This document shows positions 21,783 to 35,300 of a stretch of 64,000 nucleotides of DNA, piece by piece. Each line of letters starts with the position of its first letter. The stretch's first letter is position 1. A model generated the notes under the pieces. That model was not told the DNA's origin. It did no database searches and was given only the letters and a program-made list of their open reading frames with translations. Source of the stretch: Schmidtea polychroa (Eukaryota); NCBI GenBank assembly GCA_044892525.1, contig CM097885.1:18044001-18108000 (forward strand), in the 5' to 3' direction. Position numbers and translations under genes: made by a program.

Positions 21783-21827
<45 letters not shown>

Positions 21828-21828
21828 G
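21775..21828. repeat. (AAT)n microsatellite
   Basis: Direct inspection. Confidence 0.9.
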
Positions 21829-21860
21829 TATAAAGTGATGATTTCTTGGTAGCAGCATTT

Positions 21861-24537
21861 ATTATTTAAAACAATAAAGTGATAATTTAAGCCTTTTGCT
21901 GCGAATAATGTATTAAATGAAAAAATTAGTCGTTGTCAATCTCCTGGAATTTAGCAATCTCCTTCCCGAAAATACATTTCTATCTTTCTTTTATTTCTTT
22001 TTTCTTAATTCTCATTGGGTATAAATATAATATAATGATATACTTTCTTTTTTTTTAAATTTATTATATTTTTTATATATTTTCAGTTATTCTCAAGGTC
22101 AATGACAACAGATCAAATTGATGATTTCATTGATTTCTTCTTTAGTGTTGATTTTTGGCCGTCTGTTTATGATGAGAATTGCTTCTTTGAATCTGACATT
22201 TTTCTTTTGGATGTTTCCATTAACTATGATTTCGATTGAAATATTTTTCTTCCTCTCTGTTGGTTGACATTGTTGCAGATGTCTGTTTATCGAGGATGTT
22301 CACCAGGATCTAGATGTTCTTTAACTCTTTGGTGCAAGGTCCTGAGTGTACTTCCAATGTTGATTTCATTGCATACATTGCACGTGATGCAATAGACGAT
22401 GTTTTTTCTAAAGCACATATCTTTTGGTGTCTGGGAGCTTTTCATTGTGCAATTGTTTTCTCTATTTATGTTACCTGCCAGAGCCCTTCTCGATGTCCAA
22501 GATTTATGTGCTATCCGAATTGGAAGACCGGTACGTTTAAGTTCTTTCAGGATCTTGAAATTTTATTTATTTATTAGAAAATTTAGAATTATTAGTGATG
22601 ATGAAGCAATTCATGATGATGATGATTTTTCAGCTATTCATGATGATGATGATGTTCTAGCAATTAATGAAGCAATTAATGATGATGATACAGAATCTTG
22701 CATTATAGAGAAACATACAAGGATGACAGCCGCATGTCACCAAACACCATCGAAATGAAGATCAACAAAGTATGAAAAGTCATAGCTTTGGAAATGAAGC
22801 TCAACAACAGAATAACCAGCACTTTCGTCACAAAATTTCTGATCTTCCCAACTTCTACCACCTAATTAAAACTCACAAAGAGGCTCCTGGTATCAGAATT
22901 AGACCTATAGTGTCCAACACAAATGGACCAACAACTAAAACAAGTTGGCTCCTTTCAAAGATCTTGAAACTTTTATTGGACACGATACCACCCCATCTTC
23001 AAAGCAGCGACTGCCTCGTGACAAGATTAAATAATAACATAACTTCTCATAGAGAATTCAAATACTCATTCAGTCTTGATGCCGTATCACTATACACATC
23101 TATCGAACCAAAAGAGGCTATTCAATGTTTAGAAAATAAATTAAGAGAAAACAATTTGTTAATAAAGGAAATAAATATGGAGAATATCACCAAACTGCTT
23201 ACTGTTATCCTCAAGAACACCTATTTTACCTTTGAGCAAAATATCTATAAACAAGTTAAAGGTCTGTCTTTGGGTTCTAGCATATCATGACTGCTAGCCA
23301 TCATCTTTATGGATAACCTCAAACTACAGACACGGATACTATACAACCCATCGGTTTCTATGCAAGATATGTTGATGATATCTTCATCACGACTAAAAGC
23401 AGAAAAGAAGCGGAGGAAATATTTCATACATTCAATACGGTTCACCGAGATATTAAGTTCGAAATCGAATATCCGGAATAAGATAGATCCCTCAATTTAT
23501 TGGATTTTAGAAATAAAATAGAAGCAAATACTCCAACATACGGGTACTACAGAAAACCAGCTCGCAAAAAAATATTTATGCACCAAAGATCAGCGCTTCC
23601 ATACTTACAGAAAGTACATGTCATAAGAAACGAGAAACGAATAATAACCAATAGATGCATTGAAGAAAACGAAAACTTAAAACAACAATCAAATTTCAAT
23701 AAAAACCTACACAGAAACGGACACCAAGGTGAGGCATTGAAAGAATGAATTCTACCCCAAGAAGATCTAGGGAATTAACACAAAAGAATCAGAAATATTT
23801 CTATCTTAATATCCCATTCATCAGTGACATACTCGACTTCAAGATCCTGAAAGAACTTAAACGTACCGGTCTTCCAATTCGGATAGCACATAAATCTTGG
23901 ACATTAGGAAAAGCTCTGGCAAAGAACATAAATAGAGAAAACAATTGCACAATATAAAACTCCCAGACACAGAAAGATATGTGCTTTAGAGAAAACATCG
24001 TCTATTGCATCACGTGCAATGTATGCAATGAAATAAACATTGGAAGTACACTCAGGATCTTGCACCAAAGAGTTAAAGAACATCTAGATCCTGGTGGATC
24101 ATCCTCGACAAACAGACATCTGCAACAATGTCAACCAACAGAGAGGAAGAAAAATATTTCAATCGAAATCATAGTTAATGAAAACATCCAAAAGAAAAAT
24201 GTCAGATTCAAAGAAGCAATTCTCATCATAAACAGACGGCCAAAAATCAACACTAAAGAAGAAATCAATGAAATCATCAATTTGATCTGTTGTCATTGAC
24301 CTTGAGAATAACTGATAATATATAAAAAATATAATAAATTTAAAAAAAAAGAAAGTATATCATTATATTATATTTATACCCAATGAGAATTAAGAAAAAA
24401 GAAATAAAAGAAAGATAGAAATGTATTTTCGGGAAGGAGATTGCTAAATTCCAGGAGATTGACAACGACTAATTTTTTCATTTAATACATTATTCGCAGC
24501 AAAAGGCTTAAATTATCACTTTATTGTTTTAAATAAT
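21861..24537 (+). mobile_element. Degenerate Penelope-like element (RT + GIY-YIG endonuclease) with a ~700 bp inverted pseudo-LTR
   Basis: KTHK..IRPIVS, SLDAVSLYTSI, KGLSLGS, RYVDDIF in a shifted frame, IVYCITC..IGST..RVKEH; 21861-22559 is the reverse complement of 23838-24537. Confidence 0.9.
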
Positions 24538-24680
24538 AATAATAATAATGATAATAATAATAATAATAATGACAATAATAACAACAATAATAACAACAAT
24601 AATAACAACAATAATAATAATTATTATTATTATAACAATAATAATTAAGAATAACAACTTAAAAAATAATAATAACACTC
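24533..24680. repeat. (AAT/AAC)n microsatellite
   Basis: Direct inspection. Confidence 0.9.
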
Positions 24681-24957
24681 AGAAAATTTTAAATAAGAAT
24701 ATATTAGTATTATTCATAACTTTAAATAAAATTGTAAATTGGTTTATTTTTTAATATAAGATTTCCCCAAGAACCGATAAATCAATAAAAATAAAATATA
24801 TAATTCCAGCTTGATAACATAACTTAGTCACATTCAAATTGGTAATAATCACAATATAATAATGTTTATCCCATTAATCACATAGATACATGTATTTTTT
24901 TCTATTATGTAATATTTAAGTTTCAAAATCTTTCGTGTTCGTCCATCTTCTAACATA

Positions 24958-25072
24958 ACTTAAGATTGCAAGGTTGTAATTTTTGATGGTTCATAAATTC
25001 CTTAGTTATGTAATAATTTTTAGTTATGAATCCCAAGGACATATATACTATCATAATTCAGTTTCTTAATTT
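24958..25072 (-). pseudogene. Diverged fragment of the neighbouring ETS gene
   Basis: Aligns by eye to ~26536-26650. Confidence 0.7.
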
Positions 25073-26014
25073 TTCTACCCTTTCTTGAATTCTAACATAA
25101 ATTATAAAGCGCAACTTCTACTTAATTTTTAACACACAGGTCAATAGAACTGTTTTTTTTGTTATTTTTATATTATAAATGGTTTTTAAACAGGGGTATA
25201 ATAAATGTTTCTAAGGCGCAATTTTTCTTATTTAATTTATTTTACGTTAATATTTTAAGTGTGACATTGAATTTTATTAATATTACAAATTATATTTCAT
25301 GCTTTTAATAAAATTATCTGTAAAAATATTTCTTAAAATTTCGTCAGAATAGAATTTTCTCTTGTTTTTAAAAATAAATTAAACTAAATTAAAATTTACT
25401 AAATTAAAACTGGTTATTTCTTTATATATGTTGAAAATGTTAATATAGTTAACGAGGTAAAGATACATTTTCAATTTAAACCGCACGCAGAATTCTCTAA
25501 ATAAAGAATAGCATTCACTCACATTTAGGAACATTTAACCAAAGAACTAAATCAAATAGCGGTCCTCATCCTCAATTAAAATCATAAAAATTCTTTTACT
25601 TTCATAAAGGAGTAAAATTAAATTAAATTAAAAAATTAAAGTTTATTGAAACAATTCGTTCTGATAATAATTTTTAATATATTTGATAACGATTCCTTCG
25701 CCTTAGAATAGCTTGATACCCTGCCTGTCTATAATAAATGAGAATGATTAAATTTAATAGAATTAATCTTATCTTAGATCCTTTCAACTCTAGCCCTTGA
25801 GATTTCAACGATATCTTTTTCATGTCTGATTGGAAATTATGAAGCACAACGGGGTCAATAAAAATAGATAACAATATTAAGTTTATTAATTGATTAATTT
25901 AAATTAATTAGTAAGTTATTATTCCTCATTGGATCTATTATAAAACCTTAATAGAATATTCAAAATGAATATGCTTATTTCCCCATTGTGCTTCACCTTT
26001 CCTCCAAACTTGAA

Positions 26015-27475
26015 TCAGTTATTGTCCTCTGTCAAACAACTCTTGTCAAATATATAACTTTTCCTAAGTTTATATTTCTTCAATATTCCATTGTTGTAAT
26101 AATATCTAGAAAGTAAATATGATTGAAATGGAAAAGGTAAACAAATGAAAACCTCAAATTTCTTGACATGGATTCGTAAGTCATAGTTTCATTGCCTTGA
26201 AATATTCCCCATAAAGCGGCAATCTTTTTAGTATTTTTGATGATGAAAGATCCTTCTTGTTCGTCTATCCACGCGACTCCCATGTCATGTTGTCTTGCAC
26301 ATTTATCTTTTAGAACAAATAAGAAGAATTGCCACATTTCCATCCGACATGAAATGTTGTCACGAACGTTCTCAATAATTTCTATTTGTTTTCTTGTTAA
26401 CTCAAAATAAAATTTCGATTTTTTCGGAATGGGTCTCAAACTGATGTCTTTTACTGATCTTGAAGGTTTTGAACATTTCCTGATGTCATTAGAGGAAGAG
26501 TCAGAAACTTTTTCATTATATCTATTATTTTGTAACTTAAGATTGGAAGGTTGTAATTTTTGATGATTTATCAATTCCTTAGTTATGTAAGAATCTGCAG
26601 TCATGAATCCCGAGGACATATATCCACTATCATAATTCAGTTTTGGTAATTTATAATTATTATCATTATTATTTTCATTTCCATCAAAATGGCAATTATC
26701 AAAACTTCTTTTTTTGTCAGTAGATAAAATCGAATTGTTTAATTCTTTCGGTTTGATTAGTCTATGAATTAGTTTTGGTTTTTTCTTCGTATGAATTTGA
26801 TTTTGAATATTTACAAAATCATTAGGAGCAGATTCATATACATAATTTTCAGTCATATAACCAGACATGTTATTTGCCATTGGTGTATATAAATGGGCGT
26901 TGGAATAATTTGGATAGTTACTGTTAGGTAGACTTATATATCCGGATGGGATTCCGAAAGGTTGGGGCATAAATTGTAGGTCATTGTTATTGTGACTGTT
27001 GAATAATTGATGATTGTTGTTTATGTTCAATAAATTTTGATTCGAAATAAATTGGTTATTATTATTATTATTATAATCATTTTGCAATGAAGTATTATTG
27101 TTTATTCCAAATGTCGATTCATATTGATTATAATTCTGATTGTAAGGATTATAAATAAAGTTATTAGACATTGATGGGGTCAATGGATCTTGAGGAAGAG
27201 ATTGATTGATTAATGGACTGAACTCTAAAATAACAATGAATAAAGTCAGTGAATTTTTTAAATATTACCAGGTAAATCTTTAATGATTTCATCGAATACT
27301 AAAGAAATTAGAACATATAATTTAAATGGTATACTTAATAAATTGCTTACGCTCATTGTCGGGCAAAAAGCTATCAGATTGATCTAAATTTAAATAAATT
27401 AAATAAAGTTAATTAAAATATTTAATAATTACCTTTAAAAATCTCGTCGAACCAAGCTTGATCATCCTGGTTCAT
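26015..27475 (-). CDS. ETS-domain transcription factor, five coding exons (copy 1)
   Basis: Exons 27433-27475, 27351-27383, 27269-27298, 26153-27224, 26015-26105; MWQFF..W..F..LWG..MTYESMSRNLR|YYYNNGIL restored by a 47-nt intron. Confidence 0.9.
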
Positions 27476-28521
27476 TGTATCTGAATGATGGATATTTCAA
27501 TTAAATACTCATGATAGGATATATAATCTCTTACCTAATACATTTCCAAATAAATCACAGTTGCTTTGAAAATGATTTTTCTTGTTTAAATTATCGGTAA
27601 TAATATTATTCTGAAACGATATATAAATTGAATATTATACAAATGATAAACTGACATTGTTTTGCATTTTAATCGTTTAGTTATTATTGAATCTGCGAAT
27701 TCTTATATAGCAGAAATATTCAATAAAAATAAAGAATAGAAGGATTGAAATTTGAAAGGATTGGTTTTCCATTTTATTTGATATTGCTGCATAATACATT
27801 GAATTTCTTGTATAGATAGTTGTTTTATAAAATTGTTATCCATCTTGATTAATTTACAAATGAAATTCATAGATTTTGGTAGGCTTGATTTTAATATTCG
27901 ACACTTTCTAACAGAAGTTTATCGTTATCATATTAAAAATATTGATTTTTAAAAATCTTTGATAACTCAAAATTGTCCTAGTAACAAATAATATGATGTC
28001 ATATGAAATAACACTAATAAAATTTATTGATTGTTATTCCGGTTAACGATATTCAGTAAAATTTGTCGTTCAATGTTATAAAGTAAAATCATAATAATTT
28101 ATATGTGAATATTAAACATTTGATCTACATTATTTTTATTGAATATTGTTAAAATTTATCGTGTTTCTGTTTGTAATTAATTAATTTTTTTAATATTACG
28201 CATTAATTTTATTATTTTCCAATGAGATTTCAATATGTTAACTGTAATTAAATAAAAATATGAGTTAAAATAACGATACTTTCCAAAATAATAAACAAGG
28301 CTGATATGATTTTTTTCACAAAAATGAAATAGGAGGGTGTATAAACGGGAGATTTGTTTAATATGTTTCAATAAATAATTTTTAATGATCAAAATTATTC
28401 TGCTATTTTTGATATTTGTAATTTCGGTTACTTAGAAATATGTATGATTTAATTTCGAAGGAAGACTGACATTGACAAAATTTGACATAAAACTTGTAAA
28501 TTTAACGAACTCTATTATTAA

Positions 28522-28725
28522 CCACTTGCCTGGCGCGCGCTCAAAAATGTGTACCATTTCAGACGAGCGCTCACATGTGAGCGCAAACTCATATAGAAAA
28601 AATATTGTCCTTTGAACTCGGAAAATTGAAAAAAAATATTTACGTTATATTTTGATTATATTAATGATTTAAAAAAATAGTTTTTTTTTGACCGAAAACA
28701 TGAAAAAAAATCGCCCGGCAAGTGG
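28522..28725. mobile_element. piggyBac-like MITE
   Basis: TTAA on both sides; TIR CCACTTGCC(T/G)GGCG; internal palindrome GCGCTCACATGTGAGCGC. Confidence 0.8.
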
Positions 28726-29666
28726 TTAAGTTACAAAACCAAATAACTGATCATAGTTATTATGAGATAATACAATGAGCTATTATAAATAACAATCTGA
28801 AATTACTTTCAAATGTTTGTTGCTGGAGAGAGCTGCAATTGTGTTTGAACACAGGGTTTTTGTTGACTTTACGCCTGCTAATGTTAAAGCTAGTTTTGAA
28901 AAGTCTAGCCATTTTGCGAAGTTCCATTTTCATAGGTGAAATAGTTAGGGATATTCGGTTTTGTGTTTATAATTAAATTTATAGAAAATGGGTTAAACTG
29001 AGGATAAGAATTGTCGTTCATTAGTGGAGTATTTTCTTCATTTATGTTTGTGGAGCCTTCGAATGTTCGGTTGCCTTCTTGTCAAAAGAGGTTGTTTGCG
29101 TTTGTTTGTATTAGCTGTTAATGTTTGTTTATGTTCTAAAGAAATTAGTTTAATTCAGGATATGGCTTACTGTGTTCAGCCAAAAGTACCACTATTCTTA
29201 ACACATCTATATTAGGTATCTATATTAGGGATTGTGGTCGAAAAATAAATTTCGCGAGTGTGTTTTGTATTTTTGCTTCTGAAACCAGTTATATTGTAAA
29301 ATGTTTATGTCTACGTTTATAATGTATGTTATGTTATTAATGTTTGCTTGTAGAGTGAAGAGATATGTAGGGTCCAACAGAGTCTCATTTAAAACTTGTA
29401 TTTAGATAGTTGGGGTGAATGTATATCTAATTTGTGTGCCTGTGTAGATTTTAAGAATGTGAAAAACAAATAAAAATTATTATCCATTTAACATAAAACG
29501 CACTGAAACAAATGTTTACAACTTTTATTGAAATAACAAAATAGAAAAAAACCTTTAGATTTGGATCATAAACATATTTTTAGATTTCATCATTTTTTCT
29601 TTAAATTTGCATTCTTTTCTAAATCCTACTAGTATTTTTTTAATATTAACTTTTTTAATAATATTT

Positions 29667-29825
<159 letters not shown>

Positions 29826-29996
29826 GTAGTATATAATGAGGACTCCAGGAATATAGGTCAATTGAATCATTTATTATTATTATTATTTTTTTTTAAATTA
29901 ACATTTTATTTAATAAATTCCTTCTCCAAAAGTATTTAGAATTCAAAAAATATTGAAAACTAAAAAGGTCGGCAAGGATAAACAATACTATGTCAA

Positions 29997-31070
29997 ATGG
30001 CATGGTTATCAAAACCCGTCATGGATATCAGCAAAAGACCTAGTAAAGTGAATTTTTATACTATTTTGCCGAGCAATAGTTGCTCATTAATTCATCCAGA
30101 CAATCAAGCCAGTAAATTTATGGTCAATCTCCAGAATCCGATTTCTTTAAATGGTGACTGGGAAGTTGCACTGCAAGATTTTACATTCGTGTACAACACA
30201 TTCCCATTTTATAGTCAATGTAAGATTGATTTCAAAAGGAATATTGTGAAAACATGTAGCGGTATCTTTATTATCAGTAATTATGATAAAACATATCATA
30301 TTCCGAATCAAATATTAGATTCGCATTGCTATATGTTTTACAAGGATGGATTAAATATCAGTTGTGATTTTAAACCATTTACAATAACATTCGAAACTAT
30401 TGAAGATGCCAAACGAATGGGTTGCAATAAGTTGAAAAATATTGTTACAGAGATCGAGTATTTATTACGTTTTAATCTATTTGAAGCAAACAGTGTAATG
30501 AAAGAAGAAATCAAAATATCGGTCTCGTATAATGATGAAGTTGAAGAATCATTTACCTTTGCTGATGAATTATATTTTGATAAACTCGATGTATTACTTA
30601 AATATTTAAAGTTCAATTGTTCACACATATTTAAAAATTTGGAAATTGTGAAAGATTTGATGTTTACCTTCAGTTTGAATGATGATATTTGCGAAGTTAC
30701 ATTTGATAAAAATTTGGCAAATTCACTTGGATTAGATAAGCAAAAATATCGAGAAAAATCGACTGGTATACGCAAACCAAGAATACTAGAACATCATCAA
30801 CAAATGTTCATATATACTAACATTATCGAACCCATAATTGTTGGTGATTCCAATGTTCCTCTTTTGAAATCGGTATGGATTGGCAAATATGAACATGATG
30901 AAGTTGTCAATATAAATATCGATAATCCCATGTATTTACCAATAGCAAGTTCATGTATAAACAATATAGAAATAAATATTCGTGATGATAGTGGAAAACT
31001 TATAAACTTTCCAAAAGGTTCAAAAACTCATTTGACATTACATTTTCGTAAAGTAGATGGCAAATTCTGA
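29997..31070 (+). CDS. Polinton minor capsid (penton) protein, intact ORF
   Basis: FYTILPSNS..NQASKF, GDWEVAL, MFIYTNIIEPIIVGDSNVPLL, YLP..INNIEINIRDDSG, LHFR. Confidence 0.85.
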   Translation: MAWLSKPVMDISKRPSKVNFYTILPSNSCSLIHPDNQASKFMVNLQNPISLNGDWEVALQDFTFVYNTFPFYSQCKIDFKRNIVKTCSGIFIISNYDKTYHIPNQILDSHCYMFYKDGLNISCDFKPFTITFETIEDAKRMGCNKLKNIVTEIEYLLRFNLFEANSVMKEEIKISVSYNDEVEESFTFADELYFDKLDVLLKYLKFNCSHIFKNLEIVKDLMFTFSLNDDICEVTFDKNLANSLGLDKQKYREKSTGIRKPRILEHHQQMFIYTNIIEPIIVGDSNVPLLKSVWIGKYEHDEVVNINIDNPMYLPIASSCINNIEINIRDDSGKLINFPKGSKTHLTLHFRKVDGKF

Positions 31071-31420
31071 TATTATTAGTATGTATAGTGGTAGCCAATC
31101 TGGTGGCGAATTACCATATTTTATTGGTAAACAGTACGGATCGTGATGGTTGAGAACAATTGGTAGATTTGCATTGCCTATTCTTAAACGTATTGGTAGT
31201 TTTGGTATGAAAACTGCAAAAGACGTTATTATGAATGAACAGAAAATATTACCATCTCTAAAAACAAATGCTTTAGCTGAATTAGGGAAAGTCTTACCAG
31301 GGGTTGCAGGTATGTTTCAAAAAATCTCCAGCTCCCGCTCCTGTTCCAAAACGTAAAAGACATGGAATATCACGTATAAACAAACGAATGAAAGGACATG
31401 GAACTATATTTGCAAAATGA
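31057..31420 (+). pseudogene. Polinton PZ-like core/membrane-lytic protein, disrupted
   Basis: QSGG and KQYGS*W motifs, amphipathic RFALPILKRIG, basic C-terminus; TGA at 31144 plus a frameshift; ATGA overlap with the capsid gene. Confidence 0.7.
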
Positions 31421-31543
31421 TTTGTGGTAAATCTGAATTATGTATATTTGATAGACCGTCGCCCCAGGCTGTAATAGAATTTGGGGCATTTGAGGAAGTT
31501 TTTCCTATGAATTCAATTACCGATAGTAGAAATGATATAGAGT
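31417..31543 (+). pseudogene. 5' fragment of Polinton major capsid gene truncated at the duplication junction
   Basis: Matches 13708-13834 with 3 substitutions, then switches to Gypsy integrase sequence. Confidence 0.9.
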
Positions 31544-34500
31544 AAATCAAAGTACAGGAGAGACCCCTTTTTACTTGATGTATTTAAGGAAAAATAATAT
31601 GCCGATTGATCTCAAATTCCAACCACCAATTTCACAATATATGGAGATACCCGATTATAAAGCAGGTTTGACAATAAAGCACAACCAAGAGAAATATAAA
31701 GAATCATACGATAAAAAAGCACATGCGCATGGCATAAAGATTGGAGATCTAGTATATCTGAACAGACCGGAACCTCTCAAAGGTTTATCGCCTAAATTGC
31801 AAAGACCATTTAAAGGACCCTACAAAGTGTGCGACACCACCGAAACCAATTTGAAGTTATTACCATTCAGGAGTAAAAAGGCTAACCCGATGATTGTGCA
31901 TGCAAATCGATGTAAACTAGTGCCAGAGGAAGATGAATCTAGATACCCCTTAAGATCCAAGCAGAATAAAGTAACGGGTCAAACAAAATTGAAACAGAAA
32001 TTCACGAAAAATCCAACACCAGTCAGCTACATCAATAAGATATTATATGTAGCAATAATGCTGATGTTAGTAACAGTTGCGAGCGGCAAAAAGATTGATT
32101 TACCATATGCGGTAAACAAAATCCGAGGAATGAAGAAAATACATATATATTCCACTCTAACAAATATAGTATGGAGCTGTAAATGCGAGATCGCAGACCA
32201 AATAGAAATTATTAATTTACTAGCCAATACGGCACCAGTGGTAGAACTGAATTATGATAAAGATATAGTTGCGGTACGAAAGTTAAAGCCAAATTACAAA
32301 TACCAATGGCTGTTGAGACAGAACATGTCAAAGTGGTACACGCAAATTCCGATAGAAGTGCACACAAAAGAGATGCGAAACTTGATCGAGATAGAACCAG
32401 AGATAAACGGAATCAATATATATTGGAAGCCAGTGGACTTGGTGAAAGTGCGACTCACATTTCAAGGGTTAAATGTCGACACCCTTAACTCGCGAAAATC
32501 ATTTATCCGCTACGAGAAATTGAAAATGAATCAAAATTATTCAGTTAATGCAAACTACTACGAGAACATATGCCTCGAAAATGGAACGGTAGTGAGAAAC
32601 CAGTGGTCACGATTTAAGAGTGAGACCCAGTCTATCTATCTCAGAGACGAGTCAAATCGTATAACCCTTATATAGAAACGATATATAGTATAAACGATAT
32701 ATAGAAAATCAGGAAATGATGAAAGAGTTGTTATTATCTACAAACAAAAAACCCTGACTATATTAGATGCCGGTAATCATTTTTTTACACTTTACACTTC
32801 TGATTTAGAGACGGCATGGGAATTAACAGTTAAATATCAGCGATGGATAACCGATCCAGGCAGATGGCAAACAGTTTTCGTGGAAGTCAAGACAATCAAT
32901 GAATCGAAACGAAAATCATATACAACCACATCACCTTTCCAATTACCGACCCAAGAGACGACAAAACCTAACTCAAACAAACTAATGATGATAAATTCGG
33001 ATTTGACAGTCAACTATTGTGAATATCTCATTTACATTTTAATAACAGGTTTTCTCATCTTATCAATAACATTCATAATCATCACCATCTTGATATGTGT
33101 AAAAGAGAGACAACTAACTATCCTTCAACCACCATCATATTCATATTATGAGACAAGACTATAAATTGTGATCTGCATGAATAGTGTATAAAAAAAACTA
33201 TATATTACATTTATATTAACAATGTGCATGTTTTATAAGTACCATAGGATGAACTGTGTAATTTGTTTGAGATTCGAAGCGAGGTGTTGATGCTTTGCGA
33301 ATAAAGAGTGATACAAAAAAAAATAACTATCATTTAATTTCAGAGAATGCAAGAAGCCTCGGAGATGACATGCAAAGAGTGTAAAACAAGTACGCAAGAA
33401 CTAAAACAAAAGTTTCGTAGCATGCAGGGCAGAATAACAGATTTGGAGGAAGAAAACTTCCGTCTGAAAAGGCGGTTGGACCGTTTGGAAATCTTATTGT
33501 TTCAACACGAAGCCGATTTCGCGATGTTTCGAATGAGAGTAGAAGAAATGGAGGAATCGGAAGATGATGGTGAGATAAATCAATTAGACTAAAAAAATAA
33601 ATTATTTAAACGGACCCTGTTGGTGTTTTTTCGTCCTCGAGAAAAAAAAATAATAGTTAAATAATTATAAGTAAATTAACAAATAATCAAATGAATAAAC
33701 AAATTGATATAAATAAATAAGTAAAAAAGTGATAAATTAAATGAATGAATAATAGATAAAAATGAACAAAGTTAAACGAGCAAATAGAATAACTCAAATA
33801 AATGTTGCAAATAATGAAATGACTACCTTAAATGAGCATTAGAAATAAATAATATGGCTGATTAGTAATTAATGAATTAGCATAACTATATAGCAATGGG
33901 TAACCCACTGGGCGAGAGAACAAAATTTTAAATAAGTAAGGAATAATTTAGTAGTAACAAAGACTAATCGCGAAGAGGGACACAATTACCCCACCCTTTC
34001 TAGCATAAATTAAAAACAAAGGTATGCTGAACATTTATTCAAAGTTTATTCGTCATCAGAGTCCAACAGAACGGGACTTTGGATGCCACAGTCCCATTCC
34101 CTGCGTACATTGCAAGGCGGGCGTCGTTCAAACCTACTGCCTGTATCCACACAGGCAAAGGTACGTTTCAATCCCTTTCGACGCGGTGGTAAAGGGACCC
34201 TGAAAAAGAAATTAAAAAAACCTGTTAGTATGGCAGTTAAATAACCATTGCATAACATCGAGATGTTCAAACTTAGGTTCTGGCACAGCCTAAAATAGTA
34301 AGGGTTGAAAAGAAAAAACGAAATAAATACTATGTAAAACTCCGTACCATGGCGCCCTCGACAAATAATTAGTGCAGGGAAGTAATTGATTTTAAGAATT
34401 ACGTAATAAATTAATAAGTATAAATACGGCTAAAATTGTCAGAAAAATACGAGTAGCTGTAATTAGAGGTTTGCTTTTAGTATAAATACAAAATCAAAAA

Positions 34501-35300
34501 TCAAAAATATATGACCCAAAACATGAGTGTAGGTAGTTGCATAAACAAATTAACGAATTAAAATTAAAAAGTAAATAAGTTAATTTAATAAGCATCAATA
34601 AGTTAATTTAATATGCAACACGAGCACTTGCAATCACCGGGGTTTGGCTACCCTGGACAGCGATTGCAAGTGTTCGGTTACTATGAGGGTAGTTGAGGAC
34701 AGCATGGTAAAAAGAATCACAAATACAAAAAATAACAAAAGATAGTTAATCACTTACGTCCATAGTAATTGAGGGATGGCGTTACTAAAATTCAAAGAAA
34801 AATATGAAAAAGAAAAATAAAATATAAAATGCTTACTTCAAGATTGGCAAGACAAAACTAACGAAAAGTGGTAAAGCAGAAACTTATATAGAACGCTTAT
34901 CAGTACAGACTACGTTGACAAACTACAGAGTAATTAATTAGAAAGCTTATCAGCACGGCTACGTAAGAAACCACAGGGTAATTAATTATAGAGCCTATCG
35001 GTATCGGCTACGTCAAAAACCGCAGGATAAGAAAAAATTCATTCGGAATATTAATGTTCATCGCAGATACCTTATCAGGCTGAGTAAACAGTCGGTCGGT
35101 GCGGGGGAGATTAACTTTTTACCATGCTGCGAGCGAAATAAACCAACAAGTTATTAATAACAAAAAAAAAATTATTTTTAAATCATAATATTAATAATAA
35201 TAGTAATAATGATGAAAGGAAAAAAAAAATAATAAAATAAATAAATTACCTTGCAACTGAGAATAAATTAGGCATATATTCTGCACATAAAAATCGATTT
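31541..35300 (+). mobile_element. Duplicated 3' part of the Gypsy element (integrase tail, FN3-TM, accessory genes)
   Basis: Near-identical to 7947-11700. Confidence 0.92.

Noticed and set aside
24295..24345. Hammerhead ribozyme in the Penelope pLTR
   Set aside because: Only CTGATAA/CTGAAAA is seen; no convincing CTGANGA-GAAA core with stems
28800..29450. Second degenerate Penelope fragment on the minus strand
   Set aside because: Only vague similarity; no diagnostic motif
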